From a virus (lineage: Duplodnaviria > Caudoviricetes), in IMG/VR virus record IMGVR_UViG_3300028580_000062, positions 1-64,000 of that record: a stretch of 64,000 bases of DNA; one strand, written 5' to 3'. Positions 36,719 to 46,532 of the stretch are shown here, piece after piece. The number at the start of each line of letters is the position of its first letter. The stretch's first letter is position 1. The notes under the pieces are model-generated. The model was not told where the DNA came from. It worked only from the letters and a program-made list of their open reading frames with translations, and ran no database searches. The position numbers were made by a program, and so were the translations under genes.

Positions 36719-39609
36719 AAAATCTCAATTTAGATCTGGAGACATTTTCGGATGTCGATCTTGCAAAATGTGGCGTATATAAATACGCCAGTTCACCAGC
36801 GTTCCAAATCCTGCTGTTTGGATACTCGGTCGATCATGGACCAGTGGTAACTGTAGACTTGGCATGCGGAGAGGAACTGCCAGAAGAGATCCTTGCAGCA
36901 TTGACTGATCAATCCGTCGTCAAATGGGCATTCAACTGTATGTTCGAGAGGATCTGTATCTCGACCTACTTACGCAAACACTATCCTGAACACTTCACAA
37001 CTTATAGCATTCCTGAAGATACGGTTCGCAACTATCTAGACCCAGCATCCTGGCATTGCTCAATGGTATGGTCTGCCTATCGTGGCTTGCCGCTGTCGCT
37101 TGCTTCAGTTGGTGCGGTGCTCGGATTAGAGGATCAGAAGATGACAGAAGGGAAGGATTTGATCCGTTTCTTCTGTATGCCACGTAAGTCGGATGGAGGT
37201 AGGAATCTTCCATTGGATGCACCGGATAAATGGGCGGTCTTTAAGTCCTATAACATCAGGGATGTAGAAGTGGAAATCAGCATCCAGGAACGATTGCAGA
37301 AGTTTCCTGTTCCTGAGAGTGTCTGGAAGGAATATGCAATCGACCAGGAAATCAATGATCGAGGCGTCAGGGTTGATATGAAGCTGGTAAAGAATGCCAT
37401 TGCGATTGATGAGCTAACTCACAATAAGTTGATGGATCAACTCACGACCATTACTGGCCTACAGAATCCTAACTCGGTCCAACAGATGAAAGAGTACCTG
37501 GCAACGAATGGCCTCGTCATGGATACCCTAGGAAAGAAGGCAGTGCGTGAAATGGTCAAGACAGCACCAGAAGACATGAAGACGGTTCTGGAGTTGCGCC
37601 AAGAGACTGCAAAGTCATCCATCAAGAAGTTCCAAACGATGGAGCGTGCAGCTTGCAGTGATGATCGAGTTCGCGGGATGTTCCAGTTCTTTGGGGCTCC
37701 ACGTACCGGTCGCTTTGCCGGCAGACTGGTCCAGCTTCAGAATCTGAAGCGGAATGATATGCCAGATTTAGCGGAGGCCCGAGCACTGGTCAAGGAAGGT
37801 AACTATGAAGCGTTGGAACTGCTCTATGACTCAGTGCCTGAGGTCCTATCGGAATTGATCCGGACGGCATTGATTCCAAAGCCAGGATATAAGTTCTATG
37901 TTGCTGACTACTCCGCAGTTGAAGCCAGATGTCTTTCTTTCCTTGCCAAAGAACAATGGCGGATAGATTCCTTTGCGGCCAATAAGGATATCTATTGCGA
38001 AACTGCCAGCCGTATGTTTGGAGTTCCAGTAGTGAAGCATGGCATCAATGGTGAGCTGCGACAGAAAGGAAAGCAGGCAGAACTTGCATGCATTGCTGAA
38101 GGCCAGCTTGTCCTCACAGATCATGGACTGGTACCTATTGAAAAGGTCACAACAGAAATGGGGGTCTTTGATGGTGAGGAGTTCGTGCACCATGAAGGCG
38201 TTGTTTACAAAGGAGAACGAGAGGTAATGACATATGAAGGACTTACAGCAACCCCAGACCATTACGTGTGGGTCGAAGGGAAACAGGAGCCAATACAGCT
38301 TGGAGTCGCCGCCACCTGCGGCGCACATCTCGTACAGTCCGGAGATGGTAGGAACCCATTACGGCTGGATAGAGATCATCAGCCCGGAGAAGCGCTGGAA
38401 CAAGAAATGGAATCATTGTTATGTGCTAACAAAGTGTCATGGGTGCGGCAGTATCCAATGGCAGATATTAGACAGTTTGAGAAGCGGAAAATCAAAAGGA
38501 TGTCAGCATTGTTCTCAACCGAGACTGGCACCGGCATGGTTGTACAAAAGATTGACAGCAGCAAAGCAACGCTGCACAAATCCAAGAAATCCGCTGTATC
38601 AAGATTATGGAAATCGAGGCATCAAATTCGAGTTTTCCAGCATCAACGAAGCCTGCCAGTATTTGATGACAGAGCTTGGAATTCCAGAACGAGAAATGGA
38701 ATTAGATCGAATCGACACAAACGGAAACTATGCTCGTGGGAATCTTCGCTTTGTTACAAGAGAGGAGAACCAGTCGAATCGAAGATTGACGGTTCTGTCA
38801 GAGTTTGCCCAGGAGTATTGGCCATACAGCAGATCAGTTGTAACAAGGAAACTGTCAGAAGGTATGTCTCGAGATCAAATAATTCTCGAAGCACAAAAAG
38901 CAGTAATCGAAAAACGGAAGCACTGGCACATCATCTCGGCAAGGCTAGACTTTATGACATTCGAAATGCCGGACCACATCACCGTTTTACCGTATCGGGA
39001 CATCTAGTTCATAACTGCGGCTACGGAGGGTCAAAAGGCGCACTTATTGCAATGGGTGCGTTGGACCAGGGACTCGATGAATCGGAATTACAACCGCTGG
39101 TTGATGCTTGGAGAGCCACCAATCCGAAGATTGTTGCTTTCTGGTGGGAAGTGGATGAAGCAATCAAGAAAGCAGTGCGTTATAAGACAACAACGGAGAC
39201 ACATGGCCTGAAGTTTATTTGCCAGTCTGGGATGTTGTTTATTCAGCTGCCATCTGGCCGGTCACTCTCCTACGTGAAGCCAAGAATCGGTGTAAATCAG
39301 TTTGGCTCGGATTGTGTTACGTATATGGGCTTGGATTCCACAAAGCACTGGAGCAGGGTGGAAAGCTATGGTCCCAAGTTTGTCGAAAATATCACCCAGG
39401 CAATCTGCCGGGATATCTTGTGCTATGCAATGCAGACATTACAGTTCTGCTTTATCTGTGCCCATGTCCATGATGAATTGATCATTGAGTGCAAGGAAGA
39501 GGTATCCCTGGATGAGATCTGCAAACTGATGGGCAGGACGCCGCCTTGGATACCAGGTCTTTTGTTACGTGCCGATGGTTATACCTGTGACTTTTATCAA
39601 AAAGATTGA
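36706..39609 (+). CDS. Phage family A DNA polymerase, intein-containing
   Basis: DLETFS exonuclease motif, ADYSAVEAR motif A, motif B KQAELA/CGYGG split by the intein, HVHDE motif C. Confidence 0.92.
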   Translation: MARMKNLNLDLETFSDVDLAKCGVYKYASSPAFQILLFGYSVDHGPVVTVDLACGEELPEEILAALTDQSVVKWAFNCMFERICISTYLRKHYPEHFTTYSIPEDTVRNYLDPASWHCSMVWSAYRGLPLSLASVGAVLGLEDQKMTEGKDLIRFFCMPRKSDGGRNLPLDAPDKWAVFKSYNIRDVEVEISIQERLQKFPVPESVWKEYAIDQEINDRGVRVDMKLVKNAIAIDELTHNKLMDQLTTITGLQNPNSVQQMKEYLATNGLVMDTLGKKAVREMVKTAPEDMKTVLELRQETAKSSIKKFQTMERAACSDDRVRGMFQFFGAPRTGRFAGRLVQLQNLKRNDMPDLAEARALVKEGNYEALELLYDSVPEVLSELIRTALIPKPGYKFYVADYSAVEARCLSFLAKEQWRIDSFAANKDIYCETASRMFGVPVVKHGINGELRQKGKQAELACIAEGQLVLTDHGLVPIEKVTTEMGVFDGEEFVHHEGVVYKGEREVMTYEGLTATPDHYVWVEGKQEPIQLGVAATCGAHLVQSGDGRNPLRLDRDHQPGEALEQEMESLLCANKVSWVRQYPMADIRQFEKRKIKRMSALFSTETGTGMVVQKIDSSKATLHKSKKSAVSRLWKSRHQIRVFQHQRSLPVFDDRAWNSRTRNGIRSNRHKRKLCSWESSLCYKRGEPVESKIDGSVRVCPGVLAIQQISCNKETVRRYVSRSNNSRSTKSSNRKTEALAHHLGKARLYDIRNAGPHHRFTVSGHLVHNCGYGGSKGALIAMGALDQGLDESELQPLVDAWRATNPKIVAFWWEVDEAIKKAVRYKTTTETHGLKFICQSGMLFIQLPSGRSLSYVKPRIGVNQFGSDCVTYMGLDSTKHWSRVESYGPKFVENITQAICRDILCYAMQTLQFCFICAHVHDELIIECKEEVSLDEICKLMGRTPPWIPGLLLRADGYTCDFYQKD
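38089..39015 (+). mobile_element. 309-aa intein in polymerase motif B
   Basis: Starts CIAEGQLVLT (block A), TATPDH (block B), LYDI..GPHHRF (block F), ends HLVHN followed by Cys+1. Confidence 0.92.
38234..39007 (+). CDS. Nested HNH homing endonuclease in the +1 frame inside the intein
   Basis: KCHGCG...GCQHC zinc pair, KQRCTNP....YQDYGNRGI, LDRIDTNGNYARGNLRFVTREENQSNRR; GAGGT RBS 8 nt before ATG. Confidence 0.85.
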   Translation: MKDLQQPQTITCGSKGNRSQYSLESPPPAAHISYSPEMVGTHYGWIEIISPEKRWNKKWNHCYVLTKCHGCGSIQWQILDSLRSGKSKGCQHCSQPRLAPAWLYKRLTAAKQRCTNPRNPLYQDYGNRGIKFEFSSINEACQYLMTELGIPEREMELDRIDTNGNYARGNLRFVTREENQSNRRLTVLSEFAQEYWPYSRSVVTRKLSEGMSRDQIILEAQKAVIEKRKHWHIISARLDFMTFEMPDHITVLPYRDI

Positions 39610-39618
39610 TTATGTTTT

Positions 39619-39645
39619 GCTCAAAAAAGCTCCTTTTGTCCTGTG
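39619..39645 (+). promoter_or_regulatory. Second putative element-sigma promoter GCTCAA-N14-TCCTGTG
   Basis: Near-identical to the motif at 33939; intergenic after the polymerase. Confidence 0.55.
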
Positions 39646-39703
39646 TGTATTGGAAGGACATCAAGAGCTCTTTTGTTCTTCCTAGAAAAGGAAGGAAAAA
39701 CAT

Positions 39704-40114
39704 GTGTTCGAAGAGATCAAGAAAGCTGGCTTTGCGGATGTGGATGCCTATGACGCGTTGGAGGCATTAGAAACAAAGCACTTTGCACCAAGACCGATTA
39801 TCTATGTCTGTTCCCCATACTCAGGCGATATTGCTGGGAATGTGGAGAAGGCAAAGAAGTATAGTCGGTTCGTTGTAGATGAGGGAGGCATACCAATTAC
39901 ACCGCATCTTTATATGCCTTCATTCCTGAAAGAAGAATCAGAACGAGATCTAGCAATCTTCATGGATCTTGAGTTGTTAACCAGATGCTCTGAGGTGTGG
40001 GTATTTGGCGAGGTGTTGTCTGCAGGGATGCAGATCGAAATTGATCGTGCCCAACAAAAAGGGAAAACGATCCGGTACGTTGGCGAGGAGGAAATCAAAT
40101 GTACGAAGTATTAA
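39704..40114 (+). CDS. DUF4406-like (nucleoside deoxyribosyltransferase fold) phage protein
   Basis: IYVCSPYSGD...PITPHL...RCSEVWVFG..SAGMQIEI. Confidence 0.75.
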   Translation: MFEEIKKAGFADVDAYDALEALETKHFAPRPIIYVCSPYSGDIAGNVEKAKKYSRFVVDEGGIPITPHLYMPSFLKEESERDLAIFMDLELLTRCSEVWVFGEVLSAGMQIEIDRAQQKGKTIRYVGEEEIKCTKY

Positions 40115-40410
40115 GTGGTGAAAGAGAAGTCGGTGGCAAGACCATCAATACCTTCAAGAGGGAAATCTATAGTGCAAACATCATGGAAGTAGAAGCTGGC
40201 ACGAATGGATATCAGGGAGATGGCAGTAGGACATATATCCGTATCCAGGATTTAGCAGGAACGGATATCCAGGTACGAAAGACCCATGATGCTTATGGCC
40301 ATGAAGATGGTGTTGTGATTGCCCTGGGTGGTGATGCAGAGTTGGATACCATCTATGAAGCACTGCAGTTTATTACCAAAGTCTTGGATGATCAAAGACG
40401 CAGGAGGTAA
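40099..40410 (+). CDS. Phage hypothetical protein
   Basis: GAGGAG RBS; VEAGTNGYQG motif. Confidence 0.7.
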   Translation: MYEVLSGEREVGGKTINTFKREIYSANIMEVEAGTNGYQGDGSRTYIRIQDLAGTDIQVRKTHDAYGHEDGVVIALGGDAELDTIYEALQFITKVLDDQRRRR

Positions 40411-40418
40411 CGACAAAT

Positions 40419-42797
40419 ATGCGTGATTTAAAAATAGCATATGGAAATTCCAGGCAGGCAAAGTTCTGGTCCAATAAGACGATTACCTTTGAAGAACTGA
40501 AGGATAGGTTAAGGATACCAATCAGGACTTCAGAAACGACGGCTGAATACATGTCCCTTCAGAAAACACAAAGAGATGGTATCAAGGATAAAGGTGGCTT
40601 TGTGGCCGGGCACCTTCGGGATAACAGAAGGAAGGTGGATCACGTAGATTGTCGGTCCATGGTAGTGTATGACATTGACTTTGCTACGCCTGAGTTCATT
40701 CAGGATATCAAGGCGAAGGTTCCGTATGTTGGCTGTGCTTATTCAACGCACAGCCATATGCCGGAGAAACCACGTGTCAGGGCAATCCTCCCGGCAGCAA
40801 GGGACATGACACCCGATGAACATAATGCAATAGCAAGGTTTGTTGCAGCGGACATGGGAATCATTGATATGATCGACCCATGTTCTTTTGAACCGCATCA
40901 GCTGATGTACTGGCCATCCTGCCCGTCTGATGGGGAGTATCTCTTTATCGAGTTAGATGGTGATGTCATTGATCCCGACAAGATTCTCTCAGCACATCCT
41001 AATTGGCGGGACTGTTCATTGCTTCCTACGACACCAAAGGAAAGCACTGCGAAAAAAGATCCTGGGAAGAAGCAGCAGGACCCATTGGCAAAGAATGGTG
41101 CAGTCGGATATTTCTGCAGACTGTTCACCATAGAAGATGCAATTGCGAGGTTCTTATCTGATATCTATGAGCCTGTAGCAAATATGTCTGGAAGATACAC
41201 TTATATCCCCGGCGAGAGTGCTGCAGGTCTTGTCGTATACGAGAATGGAACGTTTGCATATTCCCACCATGCAACTGACCCAGCTTTTGGGAAGCTGTTA
41301 AATGCATTTGATCTGGTCCGTGTTCATAAGTTTCCAGATGCAGAGGACAAGCAGAGCTATAAGGATATGGCGGACTTTGTTATGTCGCTGCCGGAGATCA
41401 AGATGCTGGCGACAAAGGAAAAGCTCGAAGAAGCCCAGAAGACTTTCGGGGAGACCAATAGTGCAGAAACCGATGATACCTGGAAAGGCAGCCTGCAGTA
41501 TATGTCACGCAGCACGGTCTTGCAGAATAGTGTCTGGAACGAAATGCTGATCCTAAATAATGATCCTGATTGTCAGGGCTTTGCATATAACGAAATGGCA
41601 AACCGTGTCCAGGTGACTGGAAAGGTGCCGTGGGATAGGCCAACCGACAACAAGTTCTGGCGTGATGCTGATACAGCTCAGCTTAAGGCTATGATCGATA
41701 TTCGCTATGTTTGCTTCTCAGACAGAAACCATAATGTTGCTTTTACGAAGGTGGCTGACGACCGCCGGTTTCACCCGGTCAGGAATTATCTGAATGCACT
41801 GCCCGCGTGGGATGGCATTAAGCGTGTCGACGATCTTTTCATTAAGAGGTTGTCGGCAGACGACACCAACTATGTCAAAGCAGTCACCCGGAAAACCTTA
41901 GTAGCGGCCGTGGCCCGCATCTACCACCCTGGGACAAAGTTCGATACGGTCCTGGTCTTAGATGGTGATCAGGGTATCGGTAAAAGTACCATGTGGAAGT
42001 CCTTAGCTGGCGATGAGTATTTCTCGGATGCACTGTCCCTTACTGATATGGATGACAAATCAGGAGCTGAAAAGCTGCAGGGATTCTGGATCATCGAGAT
42101 CGGCGAGCTGGCTGGAATGAAAAGGGCTGACATTGAAAAGGTGAAGTCGTTTATGTCCACCTCTGATGACAAATACCGTCCGAGCTATGGCAAGGTGGTC
42201 GAAAGCCATCCGCGCCAGTGCATCGTGGTAGCTACGGTAAATGGCGAGCGCGGGTACCTTCGTGACATTACAGGCAATCGCCGGTTCTGGATTGTGAAGT
42301 GCCGGCAGATTGAGAAAATGGTCAAGTGGAAGCTCAGCAGTGAAGAGCGTGACCAGATCTGGGCTGAGGTCAAGTATTACTACGAACAGGGCGAGAAGCT
42401 CTATCTTGAAGGCAATCTCCTGGAAGATGCTGAAGAGGCACAACGTGGTGCGATGGAAGCAGATGAGCGTCAGGGCATGGTTGGGGAGTATCTGTCAAAG
42501 CTCCTGCCAGAAAACTGGAACGATATGGATCTTTATCAACGTCGGAATTTTCTGGATGGTGATGACCTTATTAAAAAGGAAGGCACTGTTCCAAGGCAGA
42601 CCGTTAGCAATGCGGAGATCTGGTGCGAATGTTTCAAGCGGAATCTCGCTGACATGAAGCCGACCGATTCCTATGCGATAGCGGCTTTGATGACACAGGT
42701 CGATGGCTGGGAGAGGACATCCCATCGGATGCGGCTTCCTATCTATGGTCAGCAACGGATGTATGTAAATGCAGCCCATAACACCAAGAACTGGTGA
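40419..42797 (+). CDS. Primase/VapE (virulence-associated E) helicase
   Basis: N-terminal KDKGGFVAG, YSTHSH primase region; Walker A GDQGIGKST; RDITGNRRFW. Confidence 0.88.
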   Translation: MRDLKIAYGNSRQAKFWSNKTITFEELKDRLRIPIRTSETTAEYMSLQKTQRDGIKDKGGFVAGHLRDNRRKVDHVDCRSMVVYDIDFATPEFIQDIKAKVPYVGCAYSTHSHMPEKPRVRAILPAARDMTPDEHNAIARFVAADMGIIDMIDPCSFEPHQLMYWPSCPSDGEYLFIELDGDVIDPDKILSAHPNWRDCSLLPTTPKESTAKKDPGKKQQDPLAKNGAVGYFCRLFTIEDAIARFLSDIYEPVANMSGRYTYIPGESAAGLVVYENGTFAYSHHATDPAFGKLLNAFDLVRVHKFPDAEDKQSYKDMADFVMSLPEIKMLATKEKLEEAQKTFGETNSAETDDTWKGSLQYMSRSTVLQNSVWNEMLILNNDPDCQGFAYNEMANRVQVTGKVPWDRPTDNKFWRDADTAQLKAMIDIRYVCFSDRNHNVAFTKVADDRRFHPVRNYLNALPAWDGIKRVDDLFIKRLSADDTNYVKAVTRKTLVAAVARIYHPGTKFDTVLVLDGDQGIGKSTMWKSLAGDEYFSDALSLTDMDDKSGAEKLQGFWIIEIGELAGMKRADIEKVKSFMSTSDDKYRPSYGKVVESHPRQCIVVATVNGERGYLRDITGNRRFWIVKCRQIEKMVKWKLSSEERDQIWAEVKYYYEQGEKLYLEGNLLEDAEEAQRGAMEADERQGMVGEYLSKLLPENWNDMDLYQRRNFLDGDDLIKKEGTVPRQTVSNAEIWCECFKRNLADMKPTDSYAIAALMTQVDGWERTSHRMRLPIYGQQRMYVNAAHNTKNW

Positions 42798-42802
42798 CAG
42801 CA

Positions 42803-43229
42803 TGTGAGACAGTGACAGCATTTCCCCTTATATTTACTTTTGGTAAAAATCAAGGAGAGTAGAAAACTCACCTGCACACACGCGCGTAGGTATATATAGG
42901 AAAAAGCTGTCATTTTGTCCTCACCGTCACACGGGCTGATGACAAGATGTGAGACAGTGACAGCATTTCCCCTTATATTTACTTTTGGTAAAAATCAAGG
43001 AGAGTAGAAAACTCACCTGCACACACGCGCGTAGGTATATATAGGAAAAAGCTGTCATTCTGTCCTCACCGTCACAATGGGAGGAACAAAATGACAAGGT
43101 GTGAGACAGTGACAGCATTTCCCCTTATATTTACTTTTGGTAAAAATCAAGAAGAGTAGAGATAGATGCACGTACACACACGCGTAGGTATATATAGGGA
43201 ATAGCTGTCATTCTGTCATCACCCGTCAC
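42803..43229. repeat. Three tandem ~128-130 bp self-palindromic units (putative origin)
   Basis: Copies at 42803-42930, 42948-43075 and 43100-43229, each with imperfect ~30-bp terminal inverted repeats (TGACAGC/GCTGTCA). Confidence 0.85.
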
Positions 43230-43244
43230 AATGGGAGGAAAACA

Positions 43245-43766
43245 ATGAGTATAAAAAATGGAGTGGACAGCGCTTATATAGCCCGCTGTCATAAGGTTTT
43301 AAGAGAATGGGGAGCACCACTCTCTGACTGGCACTGCGTATATGTGTACGATATGGCAGACGATGACGGTGGGGTTTATGACCTTGCCACTTGTGAACTT
43401 TGCGGCTGCAGCAAGGTCAGGTATGTACACGTGATGAGACACGACCAGTATTTTGAGGACATTGAGGTCGGATGCATCTGTGCTGGAATCATGGAAGGGG
43501 ATATCTTAGCTGCCAAAGAGCGAGAGAGGCTCATGAAGAACAGAGCTAAGCGGAAGCAGAACTTTGTACGCAGGAAATGGAAACAGACAAGGGATGGTGG
43601 ATACTTTACCAATTACCGTGGGAAGCAGGTCTTTATAAAGCTTAGCAATCGGTACATTGTCACCTGCGATGGGAAGCAGACCTGTTCCTATAAGAATCGG
43701 CCAATCGACAACTTTCTATCTGCAGCTTATGCCGCCTTTGATCTAGCGGACCCTATCGAGATATGA
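43245..43766 (+). CDS. Phage hypothetical protein (Cys-rich)
   Basis: GGGAGG RBS; CELCG...VGCICA. Confidence 0.7.
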   Translation: MSIKNGVDSAYIARCHKVLREWGAPLSDWHCVYVYDMADDDGGVYDLATCELCGCSKVRYVHVMRHDQYFEDIEVGCICAGIMEGDILAAKERERLMKNRAKRKQNFVRRKWKQTRDGGYFTNYRGKQVFIKLSNRYIVTCDGKQTCSYKNRPIDNFLSAAYAAFDLADPIEI

Positions 43767-44044
43767 GAGAAAAGATAATTGAGCAGCAGCTTGTTAAGGC
43801 AGTCAAGCACACAGGCGGGATGTGTCCAAAGTTTGTGTCACCTGGTTTGAATGGCATGCCAGATCGACTTGTTCTGTTGAATGAAGGTCACATGGCTTTC
43901 GTGGAAGTGAAGCAGAAAGGCAAAGTGCCAAGACCCCTGCAGAAGAAGAGACACAAACAATTACAGGAACTTGGATACCAGGTATTTGTTCTGGATGATC
44001 CAGAAGAGATTCAAGAAATATTGAAAATCATAGGAGGCAAATAA
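43763..44044 (+). CDS. VRR-NUC domain nuclease
   Basis: MREKIIEQQL...GMPDRLVL...FVEVK. Confidence 0.9.
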   Translation: MREKIIEQQLVKAVKHTGGMCPKFVSPGLNGMPDRLVLLNEGHMAFVEVKQKGKVPRPLQKKRHKQLQELGYQVFVLDDPEEIQEILKIIGGK

Positions 44045-45429
44045 TGTTAGATAGAGATGCATTGCATGACTATCAGAAATACAGTGTGAAGTTTGTTGAA
44101 GAACATCCAGCCGCAATCCTGATCCAACAAATGGGTCTCGGCAAAACGATCAGCAGTTTAACATCGACATTAGATCTGATGTTCGATTCCTTCGAGGTCC
44201 ACAAAACTTTAGTGATTGCACCACTACGAGTAGCTCGTGATGTCTGGCCGCAGGAGTGCAGAGAGAATTGGTCACATACACGGTTCATGACGATGTCCGT
44301 TGTAGTGGGAGATGCCAAAGCAAGAGTGGCAGCACTAGAATTACCAGCAGACATCTATGTGGTAAATCGAGAGAACATCAAGTGGCTGGTCGAGTATTAC
44401 GAGAAGAAGCATCAACCATGGCCATTCGATTGCTGCATCATTGATGAGCTGAGTTCCTTCAAGAATTATCGGTCACAGCGATTCCGGTATCTGAAAAAGG
44501 TGCGGCCATTCATGAAGAGGGTTGTGGGTTTAACAGGAACACCAGCATCCAATGGACTTCTTGATCTCTGGGGTGAGGTTGCAATTATCGATCAAGGAAA
44601 ACGTCTTGGTAAGTTTATCGGAAGGTACAGAGAAGCCTATTTCAAACCAGGTGATATGAATCCATACACTGGCATTGTTTATAACTATGTTCCACTGCCT
44701 GGTGCAGAGGAAGCGATCTATGACAAGATCAGCGATATCAGTGTCAGTATGAAGTCTAAAGATTATCTGCCAGATATGCCTGAGTGTGTGACAGTCAATC
44801 ATTCAGTTGAAATGAGCCCAGCAGAAAGAAAGCTGTATGACGAATTTGAAGCACAGATGGTTCTTAGCCTTGATGGTCAGAGTATCGATGCGGCAAATGC
44901 AGCAGTTCTGTCTGGTCGGTTGTTGGAAATGGCCAATGGAGCAGTTTATAACGAAAGCCATGAAGTTGTTCAGATCCATGAACGGAAGTTAGAGATGCTT
45001 GCGGATCTCGTGGAAGAGGCTGTTGGTCAGAATGTCCTGATTGCCTATTGGTATAAACATGATCGATCACGAATCATCGAGTACTTATCCAAACTGGGCT
45101 ATGCAGTCAGAGATTTGAAGACGTCAGACGATATTGCGGATTGGGATGCAGGAAAGATCCCGATTGCACTGATCTCACCAGCCAGTGCAGGTCATGGTTT
45201 GAATCTTCAGCATGGTGGTCATATCTTGATCTGGTTCTCCCTGTGCTGGTCACTAGAAATGCGGCAGCAGACTGATGCCAGACTAAATCGGCAAGGACAG
45301 ACAGAAACAGTCACTATCCACAATATCATTTGCAAAGATACCATTGATGAGGATGTGTTGAAGGCATTGGAGCATAAAGAGGCTACACAAGAGAATCTGA
45401 TCCAGGCTGTAAGGGCACATCTGAAATAA
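44044..45429 (+). CDS. SNF2-family helicase
   Basis: QMGLGKT, IIDELS, GLTGTP and SAGHGLNLQ motifs. Confidence 0.9.
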   Translation: MLDRDALHDYQKYSVKFVEEHPAAILIQQMGLGKTISSLTSTLDLMFDSFEVHKTLVIAPLRVARDVWPQECRENWSHTRFMTMSVVVGDAKARVAALELPADIYVVNRENIKWLVEYYEKKHQPWPFDCCIIDELSSFKNYRSQRFRYLKKVRPFMKRVVGLTGTPASNGLLDLWGEVAIIDQGKRLGKFIGRYREAYFKPGDMNPYTGIVYNYVPLPGAEEAIYDKISDISVSMKSKDYLPDMPECVTVNHSVEMSPAERKLYDEFEAQMVLSLDGQSIDAANAAVLSGRLLEMANGAVYNESHEVVQIHERKLEMLADLVEEAVGQNVLIAYWYKHDRSRIIEYLSKLGYAVRDLKTSDDIADWDAGKIPIALISPASAGHGLNLQHGGHILIWFSLCWSLEMRQQTDARLNRQGQTETVTIHNIICKDTIDEDVLKALEHKEATQENLIQAVRAHLK

Positions 45430-45476
45430 AGACAACATATGCCAATCCGAGGGATCAATCATGCGGAGGGAAGCAT

Positions 45477-45710
45477 ATGCAACAGGAAAATTTTGAACCA
45501 TATATCAATTTGGCGAATGCAATCGTCAAAGAGGCAGCGAAAGAATATGTTTCAGCACTTCGAAAGCTAAAGCGGAATCGTGGGAATCAAGCCGCGATGA
45601 AAGAAGCGATGGAACTGGAGCAGTTCTTTTACTCACCGGACTTTGCAACACTAACCTCCCTTAATCCGGATTATCTAATCCAGAAACTAAGAGAGAAGGT
45701 GTGCAAATGA
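45477..45710 (+). CDS. Phage hypothetical protein
   Basis: PYINLANAIVKEAAKEY...LEQFFYS, a typical gene upstream of late regulators. Confidence 0.7.
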   Translation: MQQENFEPYINLANAIVKEAAKEYVSALRKLKRNRGNQAAMKEAMELEQFFYSPDFATLTSLNPDYLIQKLREKVCK

Positions 45711-46177
45711 CACCGAAGTCATATTTGAATCAAGCATATCGATTAGAGCAGCGTATCCGCCTGGATAAAGAAGAGATAGAGCAGCTCCAGGCACTGTCAG
45801 TGAATGTATCGAGTCCTAGCTTTGAAGAGCACTATAATCCAAATCGAAATACCGAAGCATCGTTCATGAAGACCTTGGAGAAGGTTTGGAAGTACCAGGA
45901 ACAGTTGAATCAAGAGTTAGATCTTCTTATGAGTTTGAAGATGGAGATTCAGTCGGTGATTGCTAGCGTGGATAATGTGGATGAACGACTGGTTCTGACC
46001 TATCGTTACATCAAGAACTACACGTGGACCAGGATTGGTGATGAGATGATGGCAGATGAAAGAACAGTCCGCAGATGGCATAACAGGGCTTTGGCACATG
46101 TGGTACTGCCTGAAAATCCAACAATTATTGAAATCCGCCGGAAATGTCCGCAAATGTCCAACAATACCCGCATTTGA
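45701..46177 (+). CDS. DUF1492 / RinA-ArpU-like late transcriptional regulator
   Basis: KSYLNQAY...ERLVLTYRYIKNYTWTRIG...RTVRRWHNRAL. Confidence 0.8.
   Translation: MQMTPKSYLNQAYRLEQRIRLDKEEIEQLQALSVNVSSPSFEEHYNPNRNTEASFMKTLEKVWKYQEQLNQELDLLMSLKMEIQSVIASVDNVDERLVLTYRYIKNYTWTRIGDEMMADERTVRRWHNRALAHVVLPENPTIIEIRRKCPQMSNNTRI
46129..46159 (+). promoter_or_regulatory. 31-bp putative late-activator site, copy 1
   Basis: TGAAATCCGCCGGAAATGTCCGCAAATGTCC is identical at 46533-46563; each copy is followed by TGTGCTATG. Confidence 0.55.
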
Positions 46178-46210
46178 TGTGTGCTATGGTATAGTCGACA
46201 AGAATCAGAG

Positions 46211-46517
46211 AGAGATGATTGCCTCAACACATGAAGTGTAGTGGCTTAGTTGTCGAAAAGACGACCGCCACAACACATGAAGTGTAGCGGCTGAGTTGTC
46301 GGAAAGACGACCGCCACAACACATGAAGTGTAGTGCCTGAGTTGTCGAAAAGATGACTGCCTCAACACATGAAGTGTAGCGGCTGAGTTGTCGAAAAGAC
46401 GACCGCCACAACATATGAAGTGTAGCGGCTGAGTTGTCGAAAAGACGATGGCCTCAACACATGAAGTGTAGTGGCTTAGTTGTTGAAAAGATGATCGCCA
46501 CAACACTTGAAGTGTAG
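46211..46517. repeat. Tandem array of ~6.7 copies of a 46-bp unit
   Basis: CAACAC starts at 46225, 46271, 46317, 46363, 46409, 46455 and 46501; no unique spacers. Confidence 0.92.
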
Positions 46518-46532
46518 AGCATATGTAGAAAA

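Noticed and set aside
38089-39015. Group I intron in the polymerase
   Set aside because: The polymerase frame stays open and has canonical intein termini (C...HN/C), so protein splicing explains it.
46211-46517. CRISPR array
   Set aside because: The units are contiguous 46-bp tandem repeats differing only by SNPs; there are no unique spacers and no cas genes.
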